Notes under the pieces: generated by a model
Seen by the model: only the letters and a program-made list of their open reading frames with translations
Database searches by the model: none
Told to the model about the DNA's origin: nothing
Program-made: the position numbers and the translations under genes
Part shown: in pieces, positions 1 to 9,838 of the stretch
Layout: the number at the start of each line of letters is the position of its first letter
How positions within the stretch are numbered: position 1 is the first letter of the stretch
DNA from: an uncultured Bacteroidales bacterium
GTDB taxonomy: Bacteria; Bacteroidota; Bacteroidia; Bacteroidales; VadinHA17
Length of the DNA stretch: 64,000 nucleotides
NCBI GenBank assembly: GCA_963782945.1
Contig: CAWALO010000033.1
Location: 194,014 to 258,013, forward strand
Reading direction: 5' to 3'

Positions 1-1
1 G

Positions 2-772
2 CTACCGTGTCTGATCGTTAATGTTGTAAGGGGCGGCCCCGGCCTTGGAACTATCCAGCCAGCACAGTCGGATTATTTTCAGGCTGTAAAGGGCGGTGGA
101 CATGGTGATTATAAAATGATAGTGCTGGCACCAGCCTCTGTTCAGGAAATGGCCGATTTTGTTGACCTTGGCTTTGAACTTGCATTTAAGTACAGGACTC
201 CGGTGATGATGCTTACCGATGGAGCAATAGGCCAGATGATGGAAAAAGTTTATCTGAATAAGCAGAAACAAAGGATCACTGCTTTCCCTGAATGGGCCAC
301 AACAGGAAAAACATCATCGAGGCCAAGAAATATCATTACCTCGCTTGATCTTGATTCCAATGGACAGGAGATTTTCATCCATAAACTTCAGGAGAAGTAT
401 AATGAGATAAAAAGGAAAGAGGTAAGGTTTGAGGAATTTCTTGTAGAAGATGCTGATTACCTTCTCGTTGCTTACGGAACGAGCGCAAGGGTTTGCCAGA
501 AAGCTGTTCAGACAGGCAGGGAGCAGGGTATAAAAGTCGGTCTGCTGAGGCCAATTACACTGTTCCCATTCCCTTCCATCCGGATAAATGAACTTGCCCA
601 AAGGGTCAGGGGAATTCTGTCTGTAGAAATGAGCGCCGGGCAGATGGTGGAAGATGTAATGCTTTCTGTAAACGGTAAAGTTCCGGTTAAGCATTTTGGG
701 AGAAATGGAGGTATTATAACAACACCTGAAGAGGTTGTGGAAAATCTGAAATCAATATTTATCGGAGGCTAG
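2..772 (+). CDS. 2-oxoacid:ferredoxin oxidoreductase alpha subunit (KorA/VorB-like), 5' end cut by window edge
   Basis: Frame is open from nt 2 (LPCLIVNVVRGGPGLGTIQPAQSDYFQAVKGGGHGDY...) upstream of the listed Met at 116; OFOR-alpha-like sequence; beta and gamma subunit genes follow closely. Confidence 0.85.
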   Translation, partial: LPCLIVNVVRGGPGLGTIQPAQSDYFQAVKGGGHGDYKMIVLAPASVQEMADFVDLGFELAFKYRTPVMMLTDGAIGQMMEKVYLNKQKQRITAFPEWATTGKTSSRPRNIITSLDLDSNGQEIFIHKLQEKYNEIKRKEVRFEEFLVEDADYLLVAYGTSARVCQKAVQTGREQGIKVGLLRPITLFPFPSIRINELAQRVRGILSVEMSAGQMVEDVMLSVNGKVPVKHFGRNGGIITTPEEVVENLKSIFIGG

Positions 773-775
773 GTT

Positions 776-1555
776 ATGATTGAAATTACAGGAATAAGGG
801 AGATAGTTAAGCCTGAAAATCTCGCATACAGGAAATCGGTTTTACTGACAGATAATATTATGTCATATTGCCCGGGCTGCGGACATGGGACAGTTCACAG
901 GATACTTGCGGAGGTAATTGATGAGGAGGGTGTGGCATCTCAGACGATTGGAGTATCACCCGTGGGATGTTCTGTTCTGATGTATAATTATCTGGATATT
1001 GATATACAACAGGCAGCTCACGGACGTGCGCCGGCTGTTGCAACCGCTATAAAGAGGCTTTTGCCCGACAATTTTGTTTTTACCTACCAGGGGGACGGTG
1101 ATCTGGCTGCCATCGGAACAGCCGAGACTATCCATGCCTGCAACAGGGGAGAAAACATACTTATGATCTTCATTAACAACGGAATTTATGGAATGACAGG
1201 AGGCCAGATGGCTCCTACCACACTGGAAGGAATGAAATCTTCCACATCACCATTGGGCAGGGTGGTAAAAACAATGGGTAATCCACTTAAGATGACCGAT
1301 ATTGTAGCAACACTTCCCGGAACTTATTATGTTACCAGGCAGAGTGTGCACACACCGGCAAATGTTCGTAAAACAAAAAAGGCAATAAGAAAAGCGGTTC
1401 AATATCAGAAGCTTGACAGGGGTACATGTTTTATAGAAATTGTATCAAATTGTCCCTCAGGCTGGAAGATGACTCCTGTGCAGTCCAATAAATGGATGGA
1501 GGAGACAATGTTTCCCTATTACCCGCTGGGAGATCTGAAAACCCCGGAAGAATAG
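776..1555 (+). CDS. 2-oxoacid:ferredoxin oxidoreductase beta subunit (TPP-binding)
   Basis: CPGCGHG cysteine motif near N-terminus; GDGD...NNGIYGMTGGQ thiamine-diphosphate binding motif; 3 nt after alpha gene. Confidence 0.9.
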   Translation: MIEITGIREIVKPENLAYRKSVLLTDNIMSYCPGCGHGTVHRILAEVIDEEGVASQTIGVSPVGCSVLMYNYLDIDIQQAAHGRAPAVATAIKRLLPDNFVFTYQGDGDLAAIGTAETIHACNRGENILMIFINNGIYGMTGGQMAPTTLEGMKSSTSPLGRVVKTMGNPLKMTDIVATLPGTYYVTRQSVHTPANVRKTKKAIRKAVQYQKLDRGTCFIEIVSNCPSGWKMTPVQSNKWMEETMFPYYPLGDLKTPEE

Positions 1556-1583
1556 TCTTTTTAATAATGAAATCATCAGAAAA

Positions 1584-2138
1584 ATGACCGAAGAAATAAT
1601 TATAGCCGGCTTTGGAGGACAGGGTGTTCTGTCGATGGGAAAAATTCTGGCATACTCAGCTGTGATGCAGGATATGGAAGTAAGCTGGATGCCATCATAC
1701 GGGCCTGAGATGCGAGGCGGGACTGCCAATGTTACTGTGATAATAAGCAATGAAAGGATAAGCTCACCAATAGTAAGGGATTTTGATACAGCAATTATTC
1801 TCAATCAGCAATCGCTCGATAAATTTGAGGGAGCTATCAAGCCAGGAGGAGTTCTGATATACGACATCAATGGTATCACACGGCATCCGGAAAGAAAAGA
1901 TATAACAATCTACCGTGTTAATGCAACCGAAGAGGCGGCAAAAATGAACAATGTGAAGATTTTTAATATGATCGTCATGGGAGGTTTTATTAAAGTAAAG
2001 CCAATCATTAAACTTGAAAATGTTATTAAAGGCCTTAAGAAATCTCTTCCGGAACGAAATCACAGCCTTATCCCTCTTAACGAAAAAGCGCTCATCCGGG
2101 GTGAACAGATAATTGAAGAGGTAGGGAAGGGGAATTAA
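1584..2138 (+). CDS. 2-oxoacid:ferredoxin oxidoreductase gamma subunit
   Basis: IIIAGFGGQGVLSMGKILA N-terminus typical of OFOR gamma subunits; operon position. Confidence 0.85.
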   Translation: MTEEIIIAGFGGQGVLSMGKILAYSAVMQDMEVSWMPSYGPEMRGGTANVTVIISNERISSPIVRDFDTAIILNQQSLDKFEGAIKPGGVLIYDINGITRHPERKDITIYRVNATEEAAKMNNVKIFNMIVMGGFIKVKPIIKLENVIKGLKKSLPERNHSLIPLNEKALIRGEQIIEEVGKGN

Positions 2139-2150
2139 GGGTCAGGGTAC

Positions 2151-2747
2151 TTATTTCTCGTAGAAATGCATCTCTTTGATATATTTCCAGACTGGCGGAG
2201 GAAGAAAGTATGACATATCTTTGCCGTGTTTGATTCCATTCCTGATGAATGTGCCGGAAATATCCATCTGCGGAGCATCTGCGCGATGAACCTGTGCAAT
2301 TGAAAGGATCCTGTCAAGAATTTGCGAAGAGGGTTTTACAGTATCCGGTCTTGGATAATAGTATATCGGATATTTATTTATCAGTTCTTCTGCATTTTTC
2401 CATTTATGAAGTGTGTAAAGGTTATCCTCACCCATTACCAGACAAAATTCATTTTTGGGATATTTTTCCTGCAGGAAGGTAAGCGTATCGATAGTATATG
2501 AAGGTACGGTAAGTTTAAATTCAATATCTGATGCCTTCAGCCTGTCGCTGTCACCAATGGCCAGCTGTGTCATGTAAAGACGCTGGTGGTCGGCAAGAAG
2601 AGTCTCTTTCTTTTTTAGTGGATTTTGAGGACTGACAACAAACCATACCTCTCTTAATCCTGTAAATTCAGTCATATACCCTGCAATTGCTATATGCCCT
2701 AAATGAATGGGGTTGAAAGATCCGAAATACAGGCCAATTTTAGCCAT
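2151..2747 (-). CDS. nadD: nicotinate-nucleotide adenylyltransferase
   Basis: GSFNPIHLGHIAIA nucleotidyltransferase (H/T)xGH motif, size 198 aa. Confidence 0.9.
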   Translation of the reverse strand: MAKIGLYFGSFNPIHLGHIAIAGYMTEFTGLREVWFVVSPQNPLKKKETLLADHQRLYMTQLAIGDSDRLKASDIEFKLTVPSYTIDTLTFLQEKYPKNEFCLVMGEDNLYTLHKWKNAEELINKYPIYYYPRPDTVKPSSQILDRILSIAQVHRADAPQMDISGTFIRNGIKHGKDMSYFLPPPVWKYIKEMHFYEK

Positions 2748-2761
2748 CTGAGTTTTAAATT

Positions 2762-3328
2762 TTAACTTTCAAGAAAAGATGTAACAATTTTCAGAACTTC
2801 TTCCTTTGCCTTATCCAGATGATGATTAATAATGACGTTATCGAACTGGTTTGCAAGTTCCATCTCTTCTTCTGATTTATTAACTCTCATCCTGATCTTT
2901 TCCGGATTATCTGTGGCTCTCTTAATCAGCCGGTTTTCCAGCTCTTCAACTGATGGTGGCATTATGAATATTGCAATTGATCTTGTGCCAAATATTTTCT
3001 TCAGTTTAATTCCCCCTCTCGCATCAACATCAAAAATCACATGATTCCCGTTTGACCAGATCCTGTTCAGTTCAGATTTCAGCGTACCATAAAGAAGATC
3101 CTCATAAACTTCCTCCCATTCGACAAATTCATTTTTCACTATCCTTTCCCTGAATTCTGTCACTGAAAGAAAAAAATAGTCAACGCCATCTTTTTCATCT
3201 CCCCTTGGAGGCCTTGTAGTAGCAGAAACAGAAAAGCCCAGGTTCAATCCGCTCTCAAGCAATTGTTTGACTATAGTTGTTTTTCCTGCACCGGATGGTG
3301 CCGATATTATCACAAGTTTTTCCATCAT
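2762..3328 (-). CDS. gmk: guanylate kinase
   Basis: P-loop SAPSGAGKTT, TTRPPRGDE motif, 188 aa. Confidence 0.92.
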   Translation of the reverse strand: MMEKLVIISAPSGAGKTTIVKQLLESGLNLGFSVSATTRPPRGDEKDGVDYFFLSVTEFRERIVKNEFVEWEEVYEDLLYGTLKSELNRIWSNGNHVIFDVDARGGIKLKKIFGTRSIAIFIMPPSVEELENRLIKRATDNPEKIRMRVNKSEEEMELANQFDNVIINHHLDKAKEEVLKIVTSFLES

Positions 3329-3353
3329 TTAATTACATCTTTAATCCTTTCTC

Positions 3354-3423
3354 CATGCGCCCTGAGCCCATTGCCCTGAGCTCTGAGCTCTGCGCCCTTT
3401 GCCCTGCGTCCTTTGCCCTGCGC
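3354..3423. repeat. degenerate heptanucleotide array, 10 units
   Basis: catgcgc cctgagc ccattgc cctgagc tctgagc tctgcgc cctttgc cctgcgt cctttgc cctgcgc; exact 7-nt phase; ends 1 nt before the yicC-like stop (3425..3427). Confidence 0.9.
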
Positions 3424-3424
3424 C

Positions 3425-4300
3425 TTAAAGTATATTCATCGTCTGCTCCTTGATCTTCTCAAGGTCATCCTTCATCATTACAACAAGTTTCTGAATTGAG
3501 GCATCATTGGCTTTTGACCCTATTGTATTGATCTCCCGTCCGATCTCCTGTGTTATGAAGTTTAAAATCTTACCATTTGGCGACGGAGTGTTGATAGTCT
3601 CAAGAAAATAGTCACAATGGGTTTTCAGTCTCACTTTTTCCTCATTTATGTCAAATTTCTCCAGATAGAATATAAGTTCCTGTTCGAATCTGTTCTTATC
3701 GATATTCTCCCTTCCCACATTTTCCTCGAGAAGTGATAAAAGCTTTTCCCTTACCTTTATAATTCTACCCTGTTCAAAAGTTCCGACAGTCTGAAGCATT
3801 GACAAAATATTCCCAATACATTTTTTCAGATCTGCTGCTATTGAATTCCCTTCCTCGATTCTGTACTGATCAAGCATATTGATTGATTCAGTGATCTTGC
3901 TTTTTGCCAGTTGCCATTCTTCCTCCGGGATTTCAAGTTTATCCGTTTTGAGAGTGTCAGGGAGTTTCATTATGGCTGTAAATATCTGATCATCAAGATT
4001 TATCTTCAATTCTGATGCGATATCTTCAAATTGCCTGTAGTAGCTTTTCACGGCTGATTTGTTTATTGCAGTAGTAACTTCTTCATCATGCATATCAAAG
4101 TAGATGGTGAGGTCAATTTTCCCCCTGTCAAGTTTCTGACTGATAAGATTTCGTATCTCCGGCTCCTTTTCCTTATATAGCCATGGTAGCTTGATATTCA
4201 GATCGAGCTGTTTGGAGTTGAGTGATTTTATTTCTATTGCTATTTTTTTATTTGATGTCTCAGCTATTGCCTTACCATATCCGGTCATGGATTTAATCAT
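3425..4300 (-). CDS. YicC family stress-induced protein
   Basis: MIKSMTGYGKA N-terminus and C-terminal EIGREINTIGSKAND motif typical of YicC family. Confidence 0.8.
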   Translation of the reverse strand: MIKSMTGYGKAIAETSNKKIAIEIKSLNSKQLDLNIKLPWLYKEKEPEIRNLISQKLDRGKIDLTIYFDMHDEEVTTAINKSAVKSYYRQFEDIASELKINLDDQIFTAIMKLPDTLKTDKLEIPEEEWQLAKSKITESINMLDQYRIEEGNSIAADLKKCIGNILSMLQTVGTFEQGRIIKVREKLLSLLEENVGRENIDKNRFEQELIFYLEKFDINEEKVRLKTHCDYFLETINTPSPNGKILNFITQEIGREINTIGSKANDASIQKLVVMMKDDLEKIKEQTMNIL

Positions 4301-4344
4301 CTGCCTATTGTTAGTTTCGGGTTTAAGAAATTGTGGGCTGAAAG

Positions 4345-5691
4345 TTACAAATTCTCATCATATTTAACAACACTCTTCTTCTTCCAACGTCCTGATTTGT
4401 AATATATGAAAGATAATATAAGCCCTATGAACCATCCGGCCGGAATAGACCACCAGATTCCTGCAGCGCCTATCTTTCCTGACAAGATCCAGGCAAAGGG
4501 AATTCTAATCAGCCAGAGGGAGAGAAGAGAGATAAACATCGGGATAAGGGCATCGCCTGCTCCCCTCATTAAGCCGGTATAGATAAACATAAATGTAAAC
4601 ATTATATAGAATGAGCTTACAATAGTGAGATACTGATCACCAAGTCTGATAACCTCAGGGTCGCTGGTGAAAAGGCTCATAAGAATATGCCCTGTAAAAA
4701 CTATAAAAAGTGATGTTACTATCGTTACTATTCCGGACATTTTTATTGTAGCAATAAGTCCTGATTTGATTCTTTCCGGTTTATTGGCCCCGATATTCTG
4801 TCCGACAAATGTTGAGAGGGCCTGAGAGAATGACATGGCAGGGATTATAGCTAGTGCATCGAGTCGGCTTGCCACTGAAAAGCCTGCTATTACATCGGTT
4901 CCGAATTTATTGACAATACCAAGTAATGCAAGTGCTCCAAGAGCAATAAGAGTCTGTTGTATGCCTGTCGGAAGGCCTATCCCTATGCTCTGCCTGAATG
5001 TTTCCCGGTCAAAATGAAGTCCTCCTAATGCTATACGGATCAGTTTATGTGTTTTGTTCAGCCAGATAATTGCAAGTGCGAAAGCTACTCCGTTTGCAAT
5101 AAGTGTAGCATATGCCGCTCCTGCAACGCCCCATTTAAAAATTGCTACAAATAGAATGACCAGGATAATATTTACAAGAGTGGCAATGATAAGAAAATAC
5201 AATGGTGTTTTTGAGTCGCCCAAACCACGGAGTACTGCACTCGTTCCGTTGAAACCAAAGAAGATAACATTTCCTGAGAGATAGATACGCAGATATGTCA
5301 GTGCCTGCGGCATGATCTCTTCGGGCAGTCCGAGCAATCTCAGAAGTGGTTCGCTGATTATAAGACCGATTACTGTTGTAAGGATTCCGGCAATTGCAGT
5401 GTAAATGTACATTGTATCGATGGCCCTCTTGACTTTTACGAAGTCTTTTGCCCCAAAGTACTGTGAAATAACAACAGTGGTACCCATTACAAGGCCGATT
5501 ATAAGCGATACCATTATAAAGATCACAGGGAATGATGCTCCTACTGCGGCCAGCGCTTCTTTTCCAATAAATTTCCCTACAACGATGCTGTCAACAACGC
5601 TGAATAGCTGCTGAAATAAGTTTCCGAGAAGCATAGGTGCGGCAAACTGAAAAATAAGCTTACCTTCCTTACCAATTGTCAGATCATGCAT
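4345..5691 (-). CDS. MATE family efflux transporter
   Basis: 448 aa, about 12 hydrophobic segments, N-terminal PMLLGNLFQQLFSVVDSIVVGKFIG motif of MATE/NorM proteins. Confidence 0.85.
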   Translation of the reverse strand: MHDLTIGKEGKLIFQFAAPMLLGNLFQQLFSVVDSIVVGKFIGKEALAAVGASFPVIFIMVSLIIGLVMGTTVVISQYFGAKDFVKVKRAIDTMYIYTAIAGILTTVIGLIISEPLLRLLGLPEEIMPQALTYLRIYLSGNVIFFGFNGTSAVLRGLGDSKTPLYFLIIATLVNIILVILFVAIFKWGVAGAAYATLIANGVAFALAIIWLNKTHKLIRIALGGLHFDRETFRQSIGIGLPTGIQQTLIALGALALLGIVNKFGTDVIAGFSVASRLDALAIIPAMSFSQALSTFVGQNIGANKPERIKSGLIATIKMSGIVTIVTSLFIVFTGHILMSLFTSDPEVIRLGDQYLTIVSSFYIMFTFMFIYTGLMRGAGDALIPMFISLLSLWLIRIPFAWILSGKIGAAGIWWSIPAGWFIGLILSFIYYKSGRWKKKSVVKYDENL

Positions 5692-5855
5692 CCTGTTTTT
5701 TTTGCGATACTAAGAACGTTAATTAATGGAGATTATCAAAGCTGGTTTTTAAATCCATTCCTGGTTTAACCGGAAAGAATTCATTGTTTTTGATATTTCT
5801 ATATAACAATCATGATATTTGTCGTTATATGATAAGGGACATGGATATTGAAAAT

Positions 5856-5863
5856 TATATTTG
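5856..5863 (+). promoter_or_regulatory. Bacteroidota-type -7 box TATATTTG upstream of the DUF3078 gene
   Basis: Exact TAnnTTTG match 48 nt upstream of ATG 5911. Confidence 0.45.
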
Positions 5864-5910
5864 CATAAATAAAGCTCTTTTATAATATATTCAACCAGAT
5901 ATTGTTATCT

Positions 5911-7737
5911 ATGAAAAGTGTTATCATGACAGGAAGAAAACTTCTTCAGTTTTTTGCAGTTATTTTATTAAGTCCGTGGATATCTGTTTTTTCGCAGAAT
6001 ATCCCAGATGTAAGTACATTCTCCAATCCGGTACTTGATTCACTGAGGAGCAAGGGCATTCTTTTCGGTGACTTTCAGAAAAAGCCGGAAATAGAACTTT
6101 CAGTAACCCAGGCTGTGAAATTTTTACAGCAGAGATATCAGTCTCAGAACTGGAATAATATCTCTGACCCTTTAAGACAGGCTATCGGTCAGTTGATATC
6201 CAATGCTTCAAATCCCCCTGTTGATTCAACAATCTCCGTCCTGAAGAGGTTCCCGTATGATTCAATCAATATTCCATGGGATAAATTCTACATATGGGAG
6301 CCTATGAGGGTAAAGATTCCGGTCAATATTCTTAAGGAAATACCTGTTCAGCAGGAAGCAGTTGCCGTGCAGGATATTATTCCTGAAGGAGCGGATAGTG
6401 ATTCACTAAAGGTTAAAAATGATAAGGCTCCACCTGCGGAATACACTTATGAATCTGTCACTGTTCTTAAGGATACTACCCTGATGGTTGTCATTGACAC
6501 TTTGCATGAAGTCACAGAATCTCATTCCCGGTTTCCTTTCCGTTACTTAAGTTTTCCGTATCAGTCTGATTCCATAAAGGTTGCGGTAGATGCATTGATA
6601 AAGTACCTTGTGGATAGAGATTCGGCCGTAGTCTATTTTACGGGGATTGATAACCGCATTACGCCGGTTTGGTTAAACTCTAAAGCTGATAAGTATGTAA
6701 GATACTGGCTCAAAAATGATTTGAATGACTCAGTTACTGTCTGGATCGGAAATCCATCAAGAGATACATTCGGCCTTTATCTGGAAAAGGAGGTGATATT
6801 CAGGAGGCCGCCAAAGCAGGGTAATTATTCGGATGCCCGGATAAATGTAAAGGAAGTTGATAAATCAACATTGCTTGAAGTTCAGAAAGTTTACATCAAG
6901 CCACATTACTGGAAAGACAGACTGGAGGCAAATTTTATCCTGAATCAGTCGGCTCTTTCCAACTGGGTAAAAGGAGGGGAAAACAGTCTCTCGACATCGA
7001 TGGATATTACTGAATATGCCAATTATGAGAATAAGAGTATTAATCTGAATTCATATAATTTTGTCAGGTTAAAACTCGGATTTCTTACTTCAGGTAAATC
7101 TTTAAGGAAAAACCTTGACCTCTTTGAGACCAACTCAAAATTAAATCACAAGGCATTCGGAAAATTTGATTTCAGCGGTATATTATTGTTTAAGACGCAG
7201 TTGGCTAAAGGATATGATTACAATACAGACGAGCCCACCCTTGTTTCCAAATTCCTTAACCCAGCTACCCTTACTCTCGGCTTTGGTCTTGATTACAAAC
7301 CAAACAAGGCCACTTCCATTAACTTCTCCCCCTTTTCATACAAAGGTACCTATGTAACAGACACCATATCAATTGACCAGACCCGGTATGGTATTCCGGC
7401 CAATAAAAAAGCTATGCATGAACCTGGTATAAGTCTTTTGGTGGCCCACGAGTACAAACCCATAAAAACAATATCGATCATCAACAGGCTGCAATTATTT
7501 ACCAATTATGTAAATAATCCTCAGAATATTGATGTCGACTGGGAAATGATAGCTGTAATGAATCTTAACTGGTTCACCGATATACGGTTCAACACACATC
7601 TCATTTATGATGATGACACAAAAAGCCAGGTATTTGATGGTGAGGAACCGGTATTAAATCCTGACGGTACTCCCAAAAAAACTGCGCGGGCACAGTTTAA
7701 AGAGATGCTGGGGTTATCTGTTGTTTTCAGATTCTGA
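5911..7737 (+). CDS. DUF3078-type outer membrane protein with about 330-aa N-terminal extension
   Basis: ATG at 5911 gives a signal peptide (MKSVIMTGRKLLQFFAVILLSPWISVFSQ); C-terminal half has the SNWVKGGENS motif and alternating beta-strand pattern of DUF3078; ends in aromatic residue (F). Confidence 0.6.
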   Translation: MKSVIMTGRKLLQFFAVILLSPWISVFSQNIPDVSTFSNPVLDSLRSKGILFGDFQKKPEIELSVTQAVKFLQQRYQSQNWNNISDPLRQAIGQLISNASNPPVDSTISVLKRFPYDSINIPWDKFYIWEPMRVKIPVNILKEIPVQQEAVAVQDIIPEGADSDSLKVKNDKAPPAEYTYESVTVLKDTTLMVVIDTLHEVTESHSRFPFRYLSFPYQSDSIKVAVDALIKYLVDRDSAVVYFTGIDNRITPVWLNSKADKYVRYWLKNDLNDSVTVWIGNPSRDTFGLYLEKEVIFRRPPKQGNYSDARINVKEVDKSTLLEVQKVYIKPHYWKDRLEANFILNQSALSNWVKGGENSLSTSMDITEYANYENKSINLNSYNFVRLKLGFLTSGKSLRKNLDLFETNSKLNHKAFGKFDFSGILLFKTQLAKGYDYNTDEPTLVSKFLNPATLTLGFGLDYKPNKATSINFSPFSYKGTYVTDTISIDQTRYGIPANKKAMHEPGISLLVAHEYKPIKTISIINRLQLFTNYVNNPQNIDVDWEMIAVMNLNWFTDIRFNTHLIYDDDTKSQVFDGEEPVLNPDGTPKKTARAQFKEMLGLSVVFRF

Positions 7738-7752
7738 TCGAGGAAACTCTTA

Positions 7753-8874
7753 TTAAAGGTCTTTCTGGTAAATTCGGAACTTTTTGACTACCTGACATCC
7801 GACTCTTTCATATTCGGCTCTCATCTTCATGTTATCCTCGAGAACCAGGTGGCTGTCGAGAGTATCCATATTATGTTTAATCCCCGACTGAAGTATTTTT
7901 ACACCCATCAGAACTTCAAGTCCTCTTCCTCTGTATTCCTTCTTCACACCACCAAGCATCATAAGCAGTTTTTTTGATTTTTTCGAATCACTGAGGATTT
8001 TAAATATCCCAAAGGGAAACAGTTTACCTTTTGCATCTCTTATCCCTTTGCTGAAATCAGGCATGCCGATAGCAAATCCTGCAAGCACGCCGTTTATCAC
8101 AATGAGCTTAATGAATTTCGGATCAAGAATTGGCAGATAACGGGCAGCAAAATCTTTCTTTTCCTTATCATTAAGCGGCACAAATCCATAGATCTCCTCA
8201 AAAGTCTGATTCATTAGTTCAAGCACTTCAATAATATACGGCTTAAGTTCCCTTTTTGAATTGAATTCAACGATTTTATACTCCTCCATCTTATCAACAC
8301 GGCTCAGTATTTTATCATAGATCTCCGGGAATTTCTCAGGGATCTTGCCGAGGTAGTTTACCAGATCAACCTTTTTTTCAAAACCTTCTGCTTCTAAAAG
8401 TAAAGGCATATATGCAGAATTGTTTGCACTGGTCATAAACTGAGGGTACTCAAATCCTTCAATCTGGAAACCCTGAGGATCTTTATCTGAAAAGCCCAGG
8501 GGACCAACTATTTTTATCATTCCATGCTCCCTCAGCCAATCTTCAACTCTTTTTAATAGTGCATGAAATACCTCTTTGTCATTATAGCATTCCATGAAAC
8601 AGAAGCGGCCATGCTGTTCATCATGAATGGAATTATACCGTTTGTTTATTATTCCCATTATCCTCCCTACAGGTTTATTATCACGGTACGCCAGCAGGAG
8701 CAGTGCATCAGCATACTGGTATGATTTATTTTTTTTCTTATCGTATAATTCCCATTCATCCATATAGATAGGCGGAAGCCAATTGGGTTCTTCCCTGTGT
8801 ACTTTCTCCGGAAGATATATAAATTCACGACGATCTTTCTTTGTAATGACCTCTTTAATAATCAGTTCACCCAT
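7753..8874 (-). CDS. GNAT-fold acyltransferase-like protein, function unknown
   Basis: 373-aa ORF, C-terminal YRGRGL motif resembling acyl-CoA binding loop of GNAT enzymes; weak by-eye call. Confidence 0.45.
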   Translation of the reverse strand: MGELIIKEVITKKDRREFIYLPEKVHREEPNWLPPIYMDEWELYDKKKNKSYQYADALLLLAYRDNKPVGRIMGIINKRYNSIHDEQHGRFCFMECYNDKEVFHALLKRVEDWLREHGMIKIVGPLGFSDKDPQGFQIEGFEYPQFMTSANNSAYMPLLLEAEGFEKKVDLVNYLGKIPEKFPEIYDKILSRVDKMEEYKIVEFNSKRELKPYIIEVLELMNQTFEEIYGFVPLNDKEKKDFAARYLPILDPKFIKLIVINGVLAGFAIGMPDFSKGIRDAKGKLFPFGIFKILSDSKKSKKLLMMLGGVKKEYRGRGLEVLMGVKILQSGIKHNMDTLDSHLVLEDNMKMRAEYERVGCQVVKKFRIYQKDL

Positions 8875-8943
8875 ATTTGTTATATTAAGATTTCTATAGT
8901 AAAAAACTCCGTGAAAATAATTCCGGCATGAAATATATATAAA

Positions 8944-9822
8944 TTATTTGTATCTGAGAAACAGATCCAGAATAACGAATATTGCAAAAAGAACACTGGC
9001 TACGCCATTCGTAGTTCCAAAGGCAATTGTTATTCTGCTGAGATCATTGTGCTTAACGATGAGATGCTGATATAACAGAAACATTGAAAACAGTGAAGCT
9101 CCAATCCAGTAAAGCCAGCCGCCATCTCCTTTGAAACCGGCAAGGAGAACAAGCAAAAATGTGATTAAATGAACAAAAACAGAAATCGCAATTGCATTTT
9201 TTATACCAGCAGCAGAGGGAACCGAGTACAGATTATTTGACCTGTCAAATTCATCATCCTGAAGGGCATAGATTATGTCAAAGCCACTTACCCATGTAAG
9301 CACAATAAATGAATAGACAAGAGGTACAAAGCTGAAATTCCCTGTTAATGAAATATATGCACCAATAGGAGCGAGGCTGAGGCCAAGGCCCAGAATAAAA
9401 TGACACAGGAAAGTAAATCTTTTTGTGAGGCTGTATCCAAGGATAACGATCAGGGCAAAGGGAGAAAGATAGAGGGTAAGAGGGTTGATGAATGATGTTG
9501 AAACAATGAATAAAACTGCATTGACAATAACAAAGATTGCAGCAGCCCTGCTGCCAATAATCCCTGAAGGGATCTCTCTGTTTCTGGTTCTTGGATTGAG
9601 AGCATCAAATCTTTTATCAGCCAGCCTGTTAAATCCCATTGCTGCGTTGCGCGCAAAAATCATGCACAGGACAATAAGCAGCAGCAGCTTAAGACTAAAG
9701 GTATATTCAGGTTCTGATATGGCGAGTGAATAGCCAATAAGTGCAAAAGGCATTGCAAAGACTGTATGGCTGAATTTTACGAGCGAGAAGTAGTTATTAA
9801 CTGAATTGATAATGTTTTTCAT
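8944..9822 (-). CDS. UbiA family aromatic polyprenyltransferase
   Basis: NRLADKRFD (NxxxDxxxD) and later DDEFD Asp-rich motifs, about 8 TM segments, 292 aa. Confidence 0.8.
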   Translation of the reverse strand: MKNIINSVNNYFSLVKFSHTVFAMPFALIGYSLAISEPEYTFSLKLLLLIVLCMIFARNAAMGFNRLADKRFDALNPRTRNREIPSGIIGSRAAAIFVIVNAVLFIVSTSFINPLTLYLSPFALIVILGYSLTKRFTFLCHFILGLGLSLAPIGAYISLTGNFSFVPLVYSFIVLTWVSGFDIIYALQDDEFDRSNNLYSVPSAAGIKNAIAISVFVHLITFLLVLLAGFKGDGGWLYWIGASLFSMFLLYQHLIVKHNDLSRITIAFGTTNGVASVLFAIFVILDLFLRYK

Positions 9823-9838
9823 TAAGCAAATCCCTTAA

